Shown: positions 1 through 11,800 of the stretch, piece after piece
Position numbering within the stretch: position 1 is the first letter of the stretch
How the letters are laid out: each line of letters starts with the position of its first letter
Source: Rhizaria sp. SCN 62-66
Taxonomy: Eukaryota
Assembly: GCA_001724265.1 (NCBI GenBank)
Contig: MEDY01000139.1
Location: forward strand, 45,359 to 65,358
Length of the DNA stretch: 20,000 bases
Direction of reading: 5' to 3'
Notes under the pieces: model-generated
Database searches by the model: none
What the model saw: only the letters and a program-made list of their open reading frames with translations
Told to the model about the DNA's origin: nothing
Translations under genes and position numbers: made by a program

Positions 1-1347
1 GGACGCGAAGTAGGACGCGAACACGGCGTAGATGAGGGCGAAGATGTTGGCGTCAGTGAGGTGCTTGAAGCAGAAATACATGCCGACGGGGACGAAAAAG
101 ACGACGCAGTGCAGGTCGAAGAAGAACGTCGTCCATGGCGAGGGCTGGTGCTCCGACACGGACTTGACAATAGCGATGTTCGAGGTCGCGCCGAGCAGCG
201 AGAGCAGGCGTGCGGTGAAGAACGGGACCTTGCCGAGCGCGGCGGCGACGACGAGCAGCGACACGGCGGCGATTACCAGCAGCACGGTGGAGCGGAACAG
301 CAGCTGGATGTGCTTGGCAGAGAGCAGAGTGCGAAGCCAGGAGACAAACATGAAGACCTGCATGAGGCCGAACATGCCCAGCGCGGCGATGTGCTCGGGC
401 GACGTCGAGAAGGGCTGGAAACCGACGAACTGGACCTGCATCGACATCAGCGTGCCCAGCACGTAAAACGTGCAGTAGGAGACATACAGACGGCTTGAGA
501 AGCGGCCGGCAATCATGAGCGCAAAGGCGTGCATGGGAATGATGTTGATAATGAAGATGTAGCCACCCCACGCAGCGACCATGTTGAAGTAGCCCAGCGC
601 GGCGGCCGCGGCCCATAACATGGAGCCTGTGTTGACTGCCTTGACCCAGAGGTAGAAGCAGAAGACGAGCGCGAAGATGGCAACGGCTTCGTTGTCGAAG
701 GAGCCGGCGACGGAGCGGGAAATGTAGCCCGGCGCAACGGACATAAAGGCGGCGGCGATAATGCCCGCGCCGCCGTTCCAGACCTGAGCCGTGAGGAGGT
801 ACGTGGCGAGGACCGTGAGCGAGGCCATGAAAGGCGAGAGGAAGACGCAGACGTTGCGGATGTGCGCAGTAAAGTGCAGCACGTTGTGCAGAAAGTGGAA
901 AAACAGCGCGGCAGTCCACATGAGGCCCGGGTAGACGGTGCCACCGACGAAGCGGCCGATAGGAACCCAGGTCATGTCGTCGAACCAGTTGTGGAAGGCG
1001 TAGAAGCCGTTCTCGACGAGGTACTTGGTGGAGCGGAAGTTGAACTGCGGGTCGAACTCATGAATAAGAGCGCCGTAGGTCAGAGGAGCAAAGAGACGAA
1101 CACAGAAAGCTACACAGCAGCGGAGACACGAGGGGGAGAGAAGGATCCGGGTGTGAGTTAGGAGCTTCTATCGGAAAAGCGTGCAAATGTTTGTGGATTA
1201 TGGCGGAGAAAAGGACGTACCAACGGTGCAAAGACCGAGAAGGATAACGGCATGAACGACAAACTCACTGCGACCGATGAAGGTCGACAGGAAGCCGTCG
1301 TTTGTCTGGTCGGATCCCTTTTTGGGAGAAGCGGCGACCACCGACAT
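1..1347 (-). CDS. STT3: Dolichyl-diphosphooligosaccharide--protein glycosyltransferase catalytic subunit STT3 (5' part; exon 1 1347-1221, exon 2 1109-<1; continues beyond window start)
   Basis: Manual translation gives MSVVAASPKK...VILLGLCTV|AFCVRLFAPLTYGALIHEFDPQFNFRSTKYLVENGFYAFHNWFDDMTWVPIGRFVGGTVYPGLM...ISRSVAGSFDNEAVAIF...AAWGGYIFIINIIP...SVSEHQPSPW...IYAVFASYFAS. The IHEFDP, GGTVYPGL, SRSVAGSxDNE, WGGYxFI and SVSEHQP blocks are STT3 hallmarks. The frame is open from 1107 to 1. Confidence 0.97.
1110..1220 (-). other. Spliceosomal GT-AG intron in STT3 (111 nt, phase 1)
   Basis: Donor G|GTACGT at 1220, branch-like CCTAAC at about 1162-1157, acceptor TGTGTAG| ending at 1110. Splicing creates GCT (Ala), removes the in-frame TAA at 1200-1198 and restores the STT3 AFxxRLF...IHEFDP segment. 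Confidence 0.92.
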
Positions 1348-1907
1348 GGCTATGGCGAAAGGAAGAAGTGCGAATGGGCGTAGAGGAGTGTCATTGAGTT
1401 TTCTTGGCGTACAATTACAGCGGACACATATTAGCTCGATATTAATGCAGGATTTCGAAATGTCATTTTTAAGCACTGACGATATGTGGCTATCAAAACG
1501 AAAACAAATCGGCTGAGGTGGCTGACCGCTTCGTTCGTTCAGATCTATTTCGCGTGGTTCCGAAAAATTAACCTGTGGCACATTGCGTGTTGCGTGGGTG
1601 TGACTTAAAAAGTTCGCTCCAACACTTAAACAAAGCATTTGTGGAAATTTGATGTGCTTTGTTCAACGTGAATCAAACATAATTTATTAGATAATACATT
1701 TTTACCCTGTATTTCTCTCTGATCTGTGATCCCATGCGTCCAAGTCACTAGTTAGTTACGTTGCGTCATATTCTGCCTCAGTATTAAGTCAGTTGTCGCA
1801 ATTTGCAAAACTATTCCGACTGCTGCCACGCGATGAAAGATAAAATAAGTGATACTATACATCATAAACAGAATATTATCTGCGCAAAAACCATATGTGG
1901 TTGATCA

Positions 1908-2056
1908 TCACCTTAGCCATACCGAGTGCCCTTCTCGTCCTAACAGTACACGTTCCGCCAAGGGCTCATCGTCACTGTTATCGTTCACCGGCCGAGTCTT
2001 CGGGATGAAAAAAACCATGCGGCTGATGGGGATTGCGCTGCGCAGCAGGCGTTTGA
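1908..2056 (-). pseudogene. Diverged fragment duplicating the 3' end of the neighbouring ARM-cyclophilin gene (remnant or alternative last exon)
   Basis: 2054-1998 encodes KRLLRSAIPISRMVFFIPK versus KRLLRGAVPVGRVVSCVPK at 2507-2451 (11/19 identical). Both are followed by a D/N-rich stretch. The fragment ends in TGA at 1910-1908 and has an in-frame TAA upstream at 2090-2088. Confidence 0.6.
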
Positions 2057-2276
2057 CTGAACCAGAAAGCCGAGGTTTCCAATTCAGTTATCTCTCTTCG
2101 CGCATGTTGCGCATCGCAGATCGGTGCCTCGATTAATTTGCTAAAATACATATTTGATACGCCAAGAATCCTTACATGATGACATGAACAAGATAAGAAT
2201 TTAACGCGTAACGTGATTTTCTACCTCGTAATTCTCAATCACATGCACTATTTCGCTTGAAAATAGGCAGTATGCG

Positions 2277-4799
2277 TTAGCAGCGAATATGCACTGCCTA
2301 TCCAATAGCACCACAGCACCTCCTCGACAAAGCCGCCTCAAAGTGCTTCACAATTGCAGCGCTGAAAAGTTCCCGCTTACGATTGTCATCTGCGCGAGCC
2401 TCACCCACGCGAGCATCGTCATAATAAGCGTCGTTGTCCTCCCACGCGCCTTTTGGCACACACGACACGACGCGACCAACGGGGACCGCGCCACGGAGCA
2501 GGCGTTTCGGGCACGGCTTAAAGACAATGAACCACGGTGAGTCATGCGATTCGAACACGTTTAATGAGGGAAGCGCACTGCGGGGGTACATCAGCACCGT
2601 GCCGACCGGGTAAATCACAGAGGAGGCGCCCGCGCTCGCGTCAGCATGCGCAGAGTCCGGTGCGTACTCGCCGTAGACTACGTCAGTTTCAGGAAGCAAT
2701 CCCGGTGGGGTAAAACAAGGAACGTCGGAATGCAAGCGGAATAGAGCGAGGAACGGCAGCGACGCAGCAGTTTCAACGAGACCCTGAGGCACAAAACAAG
2801 TGTGGAGCCTGGTGCCGAGGGCGCTGGTGGACGCTGCCACACGGAAATACGCGGCGTTACACGGAAACCTTGTGTCGTCGATCCGGATCCCCATTTCGTA
2901 GTCGTTCTGCCGCCGGTCAGAGTGGTCCAGATACATCGAAAAATTCAAGTCTAACCCCCTGTACGTGTGCTCAAAGGCCGCGACCAGAGTGCATTCACGC
3001 GCCCTGGCCTGTAGCAGAGACAACAGTGCGGGGGACGGCGTCGTACGAGCGCGCGATTGCGGAGAGTGTGCTTCATTATCGACATCACCATCGTCACAGT
3101 CGCGGTTCTCGTCCTTCGCATCTGGTGGCGGGCAGCCACTTTGTTCCAGAGTACACGAGATGTATGCATCAAATGCGGCACGCCAATCCTTTTGCGACTG
3201 CATAAACACCTGAAGCTCTGCAAGCGTTTGCAGGCGAAGCTGTTCCGTTTCTTCGGTATCCGGTGCAATCACTGCCATCCTTGCAAGGAGAGCCCGTAGC
3301 TGCGCCAGATCTTGCATCACAAGGTCGCCACCGCTCGTTTGCAGGCACTCATCGTAGCGCAGCAGCTCAAGTGCTTGTAACCCATTCTCAGCAATGAACT
3401 GTGCCAAAAAGGGGTTCCGCGGCGCAGCGCCCCTATTCCGCACTGCAGGGCCAGGCGACGTGTCACTGGTACTGATCATAGTGCGCAGTACACGCAAAAC
3501 GCGTGCTACTTTCTTGCCCGTCATGCAATCCAAGGCAGAACGACTTTCGCGGTCGTGATGCGTAAGCACAGGATACAAAAGATGCAAACAACAAATCTTC
3601 ATTGCATCCTTGGCGAGCAAGTCCCGCGCTGCAAGTGTCACATCAGGGGCCGATGTGAGAATGTTATCAAACAACCACACCGCGCCGCTGAGCAAGTTGC
3701 ACGCAAACCGGGAGTTCCCACTGGACTTGTGGTGAGTCCAGTAAAGGATGTTCGCAAGGCCGCGCGCTTGGGTGATGCGTTGCGCAAACTCAGGGAGTTT
3801 GGTTGCTAACTCCGCGAACAGCTCAGTCGCGTTCAGCAGGTCTTCATAAGAGGTAAACTGTTGTGCATCGACTTGCATAAGAATACGATCAAGGCGAGGC
3901 TGCGTGAATGCGAGCGCAACCGTGTCGTCGTCAAACATGTGGAGATAAAATAGAAGATTTTCTAGGATCCAGCTGTCGGAGATATCAAACATATCATCAA
4001 AGCAATTACTGACCACAAAATCCGCGAGATCGCGGCGGCGCTCTGCGTTATAAGAGTCGTCATCTCCATCAGACTTCAACAAACGGCGCAGCGCAACGAC
4101 AGACTCAACGTAGACGTGCCGGTCCCGTCCTGAGAGTGACGCGTGACGCTCAAGAGTGCCGCGGAGCAGAGGGACAAATGCAGACACAGCGGTGTACGGA
4201 AGGCGGGACATGATAACCGCACCGGAGTCAAGTGCGGTGATAATGGTGGAGATTTCGGTGTGGTAGGCATCGCAGTGAGTCCCAGATGAGCCCAGACGGT
4301 GGCACTCTTGCTCATCAATGTCGCGCATGTGCGAAAGCAGAAGCTCCACTGCAGTCTCCCTCGTAGATAGAGATAAGATCGAGGTCTTTGCAACATCAGC
4401 CACAACATGGAGAAGCAAGTGCGTATCTGTGTCGACCTCTTTCCCAACGACATGAGCGAGGAGCTTCTCAACTACGCTGCATTCGGCGAGCAAGTCGTTT
4501 CCACTGAAGACAATGTCGCCAGATTGCGCCGGGAAACAGTCAGACAGTCTTTTAAGCAGAGCAACAATGAGGCGAAGTCGCCTATTGCCGACGTCTACGG
4601 TGCCGCAGGGCTCAAGCGATTGCAGGAGGAGTGGGATGACCCCACCCTCCTGGAGCACGCCGATTGCGCCCTCAGGACATCGAGCAATCGACTCCGTGAG
4701 TTGAAATATAGCAGAGTCGCCAACCTCAAGCGTTTTAAGGGATATTATACCGGATACCGCATTGTGGAGCTACTTGAGCTAGACTTTCGTACGTTCCAT
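2277..4799 (-). CDS. ARM-repeat (importin-alpha-like) protein with C-terminal degenerate cyclophilin-like domain; 840 aa if three TAG codons are read as sense (stop-free core 4769-2301)
   Basis: The 786-aa track ORF starts at a GTG. The frame stays open upstream to TAGs at 4772-4770 and 4781-4779, with an ATG at 4799. ARM-like segments: VLQEGGVIPLLLQSL, GAVWLFDNIL...KICCLHLL, NPFLAQFIAENGLQALELL. Cyclophilin-like blocks: IRIDDTRFPCNAAYFR, VYGEYAPD, GTVLM, SPWFI, VPVGRVV, AIVKHFE. The exact ends depend on TAG decoding. Confidence 0.75.
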
Positions 4800-5880
4800 C
4801 CTCAACGACGAGATCTTCACAAAGAAGTCAGGCGATGACCAAAGGAGCAACACGCGAGTAGTAAGCGGAGGGGTCTGTTTGTTACGAAATCGGCAATCTT
4901 ACGCTCTAACTTCCCACTGGTAGGTCGTGCTGTGTGCACCTTGTGTGCCTTCTGTGTGAGCGGTTTGTTCGAAGCGAAGTGGACGGTAGTACGCAGTGTT
5001 TGTAGTGAGTTTAGGGTTGGGGCTACCTACAACAAGAACAGTCACGATAGAAATATTATTAACGTGACAAGTCAAAACGCCCAAAAAACCGATGATAAAA
5101 GTCACACAGGCACATTGGACGATGTAGTTACTGTGCACAGAACGGTTTATATTAACGACACTCTCTGGAGTTAACTTGACACCCCCCAGCCAAGCAGATG
5201 ACACCATGTATCTTAAGGCCATCATTTTGTGATGTCCTGCTCGTCAAATCAGGATATGCACGCGGTATCTAGAGGTGTCACTTTTCCAGCAGTTCATTCT
5301 TATTTTGGCATTTCTTTGAGACTTTGTTATGTTGCGCACATGCGTAGTTCCTGGCCGCTCACCTGTGCCGTGTGACTGGGATCGTCCACCACGCTTTCGT
5401 TGTCTGAGTGGATTAGATTGTCTACATTAGAGACATATTATTCGCGTTATTGGTTGATTGATGAGGATTGTATACGCTAATTTTGCATTTTATTGTTCAA
5501 TCTTCTTCCAGACGCCGCATTAGTGGTGTCTCCCTAGGGCTTCGTGGTCACTTCCGTTTCTCGGAGACGCGCTAAATATTCATAGGATATTCACATAATG
5601 ACAAGCATCAATATCATAATTCTTTGATTATGTCACGATTTGCGCGTTGATACGTCAAATGCCCGGATGTGGACGGTTCATGTTGCAATGTAGTTTCGAA
5701 ATCGCTATTTATCTTTCGTCGCATAAGCTCATTGCATCTCTCCTTTTCCTTCCATTTTGCACGTCTGCGCACACAGTTCCAGTTCGCACACACGCTTACC
5801 ACCCATCGCAGCACTACATCTCGCGACACTGGTACACACTTTGCATGTGCGCGTCTCGCTTGTGCCCCTAGCAGTAACGA

Positions 5881-8800
5881 ATGAACGGCCACACGCGTCG
5901 CGGCAGCAGCGCCGCCTCGCTCCTCGTTCCCCCCGGCTCCACTGCCTCCGGCAGCGGCGGCCTCAACGCGAACGCGCTCGGCGACGGCCCCCGTCCTTAC
6001 GGTACTGATTTCACCAATGCCATTCACCCCACGGTTGCTCCGCTTGCTGTCTCTCTCGCGTCTCAGAGCGCGTCTGACTCGACCGCGGCCGCGTCCGCAG
6101 CTGCGTTCGCTCCTGCAAGCTCTGCATCGCTGTCGACGTCGACGTCGCTCGCGCACAGTCGTTCTGCCGCCGACGCGTACGGGCCCGTGCAGCAGAGCGC
6201 CTCACAGCCCGCTGGCGCGCAGTCTGCGTCTGCGTCCGCGTTTGCGTCGGCGTCAGCGTCGGCGTCAGCGTCAGCGTCTGTTTCGCTGTCCATCGCCTCT
6301 GTTCCACACAGTGGGCCGCCTGGCGCGGCCAACGCTGCTGCTGCCACTGCTGGAGACGGCGCGAACGGCTCTGGCGGCGGCGCTGGGCAACATAAGCTGC
6401 AGCTCCCACGGTCTCCATCGCCGCTGCCGCCGCTGTCGCCGGCGCAGTCACAACCGCTGCACGCGCACACACACGCACACGCGTACGCGCACACACACGC
6501 ACACGGACACGGGCGGCACTTGCAGTTGTCGCCGCTGCCGCCGTCGCCGCTGAGCGGCGCGTCCCAGAGTCACTCTTCCGCTGCCCACGGTCACTCTGTC
6601 CACGGTCACCAGCCCCCGGGGGCTGCGCAGAGTGGCAGCACTCAACCGGGTTCACTGGGGGCATATATTCACCACTCGCGGCCACCGTCGCGCACCAACA
6701 CGCGCATGAGCGACGACAGGACCAGCAGCAACGGCAGCAGCAACAACAGCAACAACAACAGCAGTAGCAGCAGCAACGCCATGGACCGCAGCAGCAGTAG
6801 TATCAACTCTCTTCACCAACACCAGCAATTACAGCAGTCGCCGCAGTCGCCGCAGAAGCAACATCAGCTCGACGGGCCTGGTCAAAATCCGCACGGCAAC
6901 GCGCGCGCGAGCACAAGCCAAGAATTTTACCGCAGAAGTGGCAGACCGGGTCACCATACGCATCGCCAGCACCAGCCTCAGCCCTACCATCATAATCAAC
7001 AGCAACATCAGCTGCAACACCAAGAACAGCAGCCGGCGTCATATCTCCAGCTTGGGAGGCGAAACAGCAGCAGCAGCAGTAGCAGCAGCAACGCTAGCAG
7101 CAGCGCCAGCGCCAGCAGCGTGCAGCCGCAGCTGTTTGTATCCACCCCTAACACAACCACGCACACGCTCGGCAGCAGCCTCAGCTTCGGGGGCCCACAC
7201 CACAGCAACAGCAGCAGCAGCAGCAGCGGCGGCGACAGCGGCAGCGGCAGCGGCAGCGGCCACGGCAGCGGCAGCGGCCACGGTGGCGGCCGCGGTAGCA
7301 GCGGCGGCGCAGCGGGCTCTGCACAGTTCTACGCCCCCGCGGCCGCGGCAGCGTACTTGTCATCATCTTTGTCGTCGTCAGCGTACAACACCAACGTGGG
7401 CGGGTACTACATCGGCGCTGCGAGCCTCCTCAGCCACGGCCACGGCCACAACCTGCTGCACTCGACGACGGTGCCGTCGCCGCGGCGCTCGCTGCAGATC
7501 ACCACGCGCACGCCGTCGCCGCGGCCGCCCGCTCCGCCGGGCCAGCCGCCTGCGCACCAGTCGCCCGCGCACCGGCGACCCACGCCTGCCCCGTCGCCCT
7601 CGCCTGTGGCAGCCTCATCTGTGGCAGCCTCGCCGGTTGCGGCGGCCCGCAGTGGTCAGCCTCCGCGCAGAGGCAACGGGAGGAGTGGCAACGGCAACGG
7701 CAACGGCGGCGCCAGTGGCAGACAGACGCCGGCTGCCTCGCCCAAAGCAGAGGCGCCGACGGCGACCGGGCCCGCTCTCAGCGCTGGTCTGACGCCCGTG
7801 TCTCTCTCCGCCACCGTGCCAGTGCCGTTGTCGGTGCCGGTGCCTGCGGGCGCGAGCGGCGGGGGCAACGTCACGCCGGCACGCCGGTTCTGGACCGACG
7901 GGCCCGCGCTGGCGGCCGCGGCGGCCGCGACGGCGACCCGACCGGGCACCGTGGGCGCGGCCATGGCCGAACACGCCACCACCGGCCATGGCCAAGGCGG
8001 TGGCGGCGGCGGATGCTACGCTCGGAGCGGTGAGGCGAAGAGCAGCGACGCAGCCGCCACAGCTGTTGCAGGCAGCGGCAGCAGCAGTAGCAACAGCAGT
8101 ACTAGTGCTTGTTTTGCATCGCCGCAGCCTTTGTCGCTGACACCGTCGCCGTCGCCGTCGCCGACATCTTCCGCGCAGCTCGCGCGGGCCGCGGCCGCGG
8201 CTGCGGCGGCAACGCTGGCGGCGGCGACGGCGGCCGAGGCGAGCAGCAGCCGGTTCCCGCTGCTGGCGTCGCAGGCGGCGGCGGGCGGCGTGCCCGCGCC
8301 GCCGCTACTGCCGCTGTGGCGCAAGCCTGGCGGCCTCTCGCCGCGCTCTGCGCTGCCCTCGCCGCACCACCAGGAGCAGCGGCAGGAGCAACAACAGCAG
8401 CATCAACAACAACAGCAGCACGATAGACATACACAGCAGCCACTGCACCAGGATCATCAATATCAGAGCGATCACGCGAGACTGTTTGAGCAGCAGCAGC
8501 AGCAGCAATTGATGCAGCAGCTCCGACAGCACAAGCAGCAACTACTGCAACAGGTGCACGCGCAGGCCCAGTCGCGCCCGTGGCCGCCGCTGACGCCGTC
8601 GCCGTCGCGGCCCTCATCGCGGCCGCAGTCGCGTAGCGGTACCGGGGCGACGCGTCCGCCGTCGCGCATCGGCCACTCTCGCCCACCGTCACGGCTTGAA
8701 TTCTCGACGGGGGGACGCCTTGACTTTACGTCGGCGGTTCGTGGCGACGGGAGCTCCACCAGCACCTCGTCGGGGCCGCTGTCAAGCGCGGGCACTGTGT

Positions 8801-11800
8801 CGGCAGCGGCCTCCATGTCGCATAGTGGGATGCAGTCGCAGCCGCTGCACCACCAGCAGCCTGCGCTGTACCAGCACCAGATCCACCACTCGCACTCGAA
8901 TCTGCAAATGCAGCCGCAGTCGCGGCACAACAATGACCCGGGCGCGCACCCGCAGCACTGGTCCCCGCGGTACAGCGTCGGCAGCAGCAGCAGCAGCAGC
9001 GCCAGCTCGCCGTATCGCGGCAGCACCAGCGCGCACGACTACGCCCCGGACGCGTTTGCGCACAGCAGTCACTACGAAGTCGGCTCCGCTCCGTTCACGA
9101 GCCATCGTCTCGACTTCGGGGCAGTCGACTGCCGGCCCTCCGATGCGGAGAGCGCGCGACCTAACATCGAGCTATCAAGCCACAGCTTTAGCCGCACTGT
9201 GTCGCGCGAGGGCTTCCAAAGCGTGCATTCTCAGTCTCCATACCAGCTTTACCACAACCACCAACAGCCGCAACAGCAGCAGCAACACCACCAGCAGCAG
9301 CACTGGCAGCAATCGCCTCCGCATCTGATGCCACTATCCCAGTCGCAGCCACAGCCTGCGCCTGAGACAACCACGAGCGCGCTGATTGTTGACGACGGCA
9401 CGACTTCGAGCTCCAGCTCCAGCTTCACGCGCAGCGGCAGCGCCAGCAGCAGCGCTGCTGGAAGCGCGACCGAGCACAACGTCGACGGCGAGACCAGGGA
9501 CACGGACGGCGATGACAGCGACGACTATGCCGGTGCGCGCCTGTCGTTTTCGCGCCACCACAGCAACTACACCGACTCTGACCACGTCAATCCCGGTGGC
9601 AACACGGCGAACGGCAACAGCTTTGTCGTCATCGCTGGCGACGTCCGCAGCGGGCTCTCGCTCCGTGACGGCGACTGCGCTGCGGACAACTGCGACGCCG
9701 CAGTGGCCACGACGGGCGAGATTGTCATGACGGGTACCCGCGCCGAGAGCCCGAACAGCAAACACATCCGCAACAACAGCCGCGTGTTGAGCCGAGTCCC
9801 CAGCAGCGGTGGCGCGCCCCGGAACCGACACAGCAGCCGCCGCAGCAGCTCCGGCGCGCACCACCTCCGCCACCACAGCCCCGCGTCGATGGCCGACAAC
9901 AGCGGTGCCGGGCAGAGCGGGCTCTCTGGCGGCGCGCACAAGCGGCGCAGCCGGAGCAAGCACCCTACTCTGGCGGACACCGACGCCCCGAACGCGGCGG
10001 CCTCTGCGGCCGCGGGCGGCGCGAGCGGGCGCCGCACGACGGCGGACAGCGACGCGAGCAGCGGCGCAATTGTGACCGCGGTGATCCCGGACACGTTCGC
10101 GCAGTCGGGGTTGGGCCGGCGGCTGACGATGATGGCCGCGACCTCGGCCGGCAGCTCTGTCACCACCACTACCACCGCGACCGCGACCTCCCCTGCGACT
10201 GCGACGGCGGCGACGACCGAGGCCGACGGTCTCAGCTCAGTCACGCGCGCCGACTCGCTCACGGCGACGGTGGCGACGGTAACGGCGACCGCGACGGCCA
10301 GTCGCACCGTGAGCGCCGTCGCGCGGCAGCTCGCTGCCGTCGACGTCTCCGCGCCTAGCACGGTCGACCGCGGCGCGCTGGCGCTCACTGGGTGCGGCAG
10401 CGGCGGCGGCAGCGGCAGCGGCGACAGCCTCGGTCAGGCGCCGCATTTGACGACGGACCTGTTGACGCCGCACTCGGTCACGGCGTCATCGCCGTCAGTG
10501 CTGCTCTCGCCCACCAATAGTACCGCGGCCGCGGCCGCCGCGGCCACAGCGACGGCCGCCGTGATCGCCGCCGCCGCGGTCAACGCTGCGGGCAACGTCG
10601 GCGGCGCGGCCGTCTCTGGCAGCGGTGCCGGACCGATGAGCCCGCGCCCGGGCGGGTATCTGCGCCGCGTGAGCATCGCTTCGGTCCCCTCGCTCCTCGT
10701 TGCCACGCAACAGGGCGGCGGCGGCGGCGGCTTACTTTCTGAGAGGCACGCGCAGGGGGCCGCGCCGTGGCTGCACAGCCCTCTTCACGGCCAAGTCATC
10801 ACCCCTGGGCACGGCCGCGTCGGCACCCCCGCGAGTGCGAGCATCAACACCCCCAGTAATCTAAGCACCCCTGGCTCGACCTCCCTCGGCTCACGCGGGC
10901 TGCTCCTGTCACCGCAAGCCACGGCCGCGCACGTGATGTCGCCCGGCGGCGCCTACAGCACCGGCTCGTTTGCTGGCAGCACGTTCTCCGGTGGCGCGCG
11001 CACGCCGGGCTCGTTCCCGTCCGCGCAGTTGCGCGCGGGCCTGCCTGCCGGCGTTGCCAGCGTGAACGCGAGTCCTAGCGCGAATTCGTACTTCGTGACG
11101 CCGCTCACGTGCAATCCACGCGTCGTTTCTGGCCAGAACACGGGCGCCGCTGCAAACGGCGCAGCGGAGAACGCAGCGAGCGGGGTGCGACCCGACGAGC
11201 GGCTTGGAGTTGGTGAGTGGCAGTGGGGTTGGGAGGGTGGGAAGCAACAAAACTTGCCCAATACACCCGATAGCTCGACACCGCGGATGACAGAACCAGT
11301 GCAGGCACATGTTCAGAGAAACAAGGCGCGGGCTAAAACGGCGACGTCGATGAGACCTGCCACAATTGACACCTCCACGCTAGTGCAGACTGAATCCCAC
11401 ATGTCGACGTCGACACTGACTCAAACCAGTGCCCACATGGCGACGCCTGAGAGCAGCTCTTTATCTCTGTCCACAACTGTTGGGCGTGTTGATGGCAGTA
11501 TGGATGACAACAAGGCCCCTGGCCGTGGGGACAGTCGCAGAGACCAAGCCAACTTCAGCGGCCAGGGCCCGCTGGACTGGCCGTCGCCGCGCTTTTTTCT
11601 GACCGAGCAGCAACAAAAACAACCATTCTACGTCAAGAATGAGGGCGTCGACGGGAACGTGGATGGTCTTGACGCTGACGCACTCCCGAGTGCGCTGTGT
11701 CCCACGGTTGTTCGCACGGACAGCACGAACAGTGTGACCGCGGGTGCTTCTGGACTCTTTAGCTCCTTCTCACCGGCTACGAGGCCGCGGCCGCAGTCGC

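Noticed and set aside
32-1161. Track ORFs 32-466, 53-919, 61-498, 513-944 and 862-1161
   Set aside because: These are off-frame or antisense shadows of the GC3-rich STT3 gene. The real frame is absent from the track because it has no stop inside the window.
1198-1638. 146-aa minus ORF as an independent gene
   Set aside because: Only 1347-1221 is STT3 exon 1. The upstream part has a non-ATG start and is AT-rich promoter/UTR-like sequence, and the stop lies in the intron.
1849-2136. 95-aa plus-strand ORF
   Set aside because: It has a GTG start and no motif, and is antisense to the duplicated gene-2 fragment, which explains the open frame.
4899-5225. 108-aa ORF in frame with gene 2, as an extension under a TAA+TAG=Gln (ciliate-type) code
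   Set aside because: It is AT-rich with no recognisable motif, and TAA behaves as a true stop at 17953, where composition shifts. An upstream exon in this region cannot be fully excluded.
5647-5880. In-frame upstream extension of the giant ORF through TAG 5869-5871
   Set aside because: A TAA follows two codons later (5875-5877). The CCCCTAG/CAG may instead be a 5' UTR intron acceptor, which I cannot support further.
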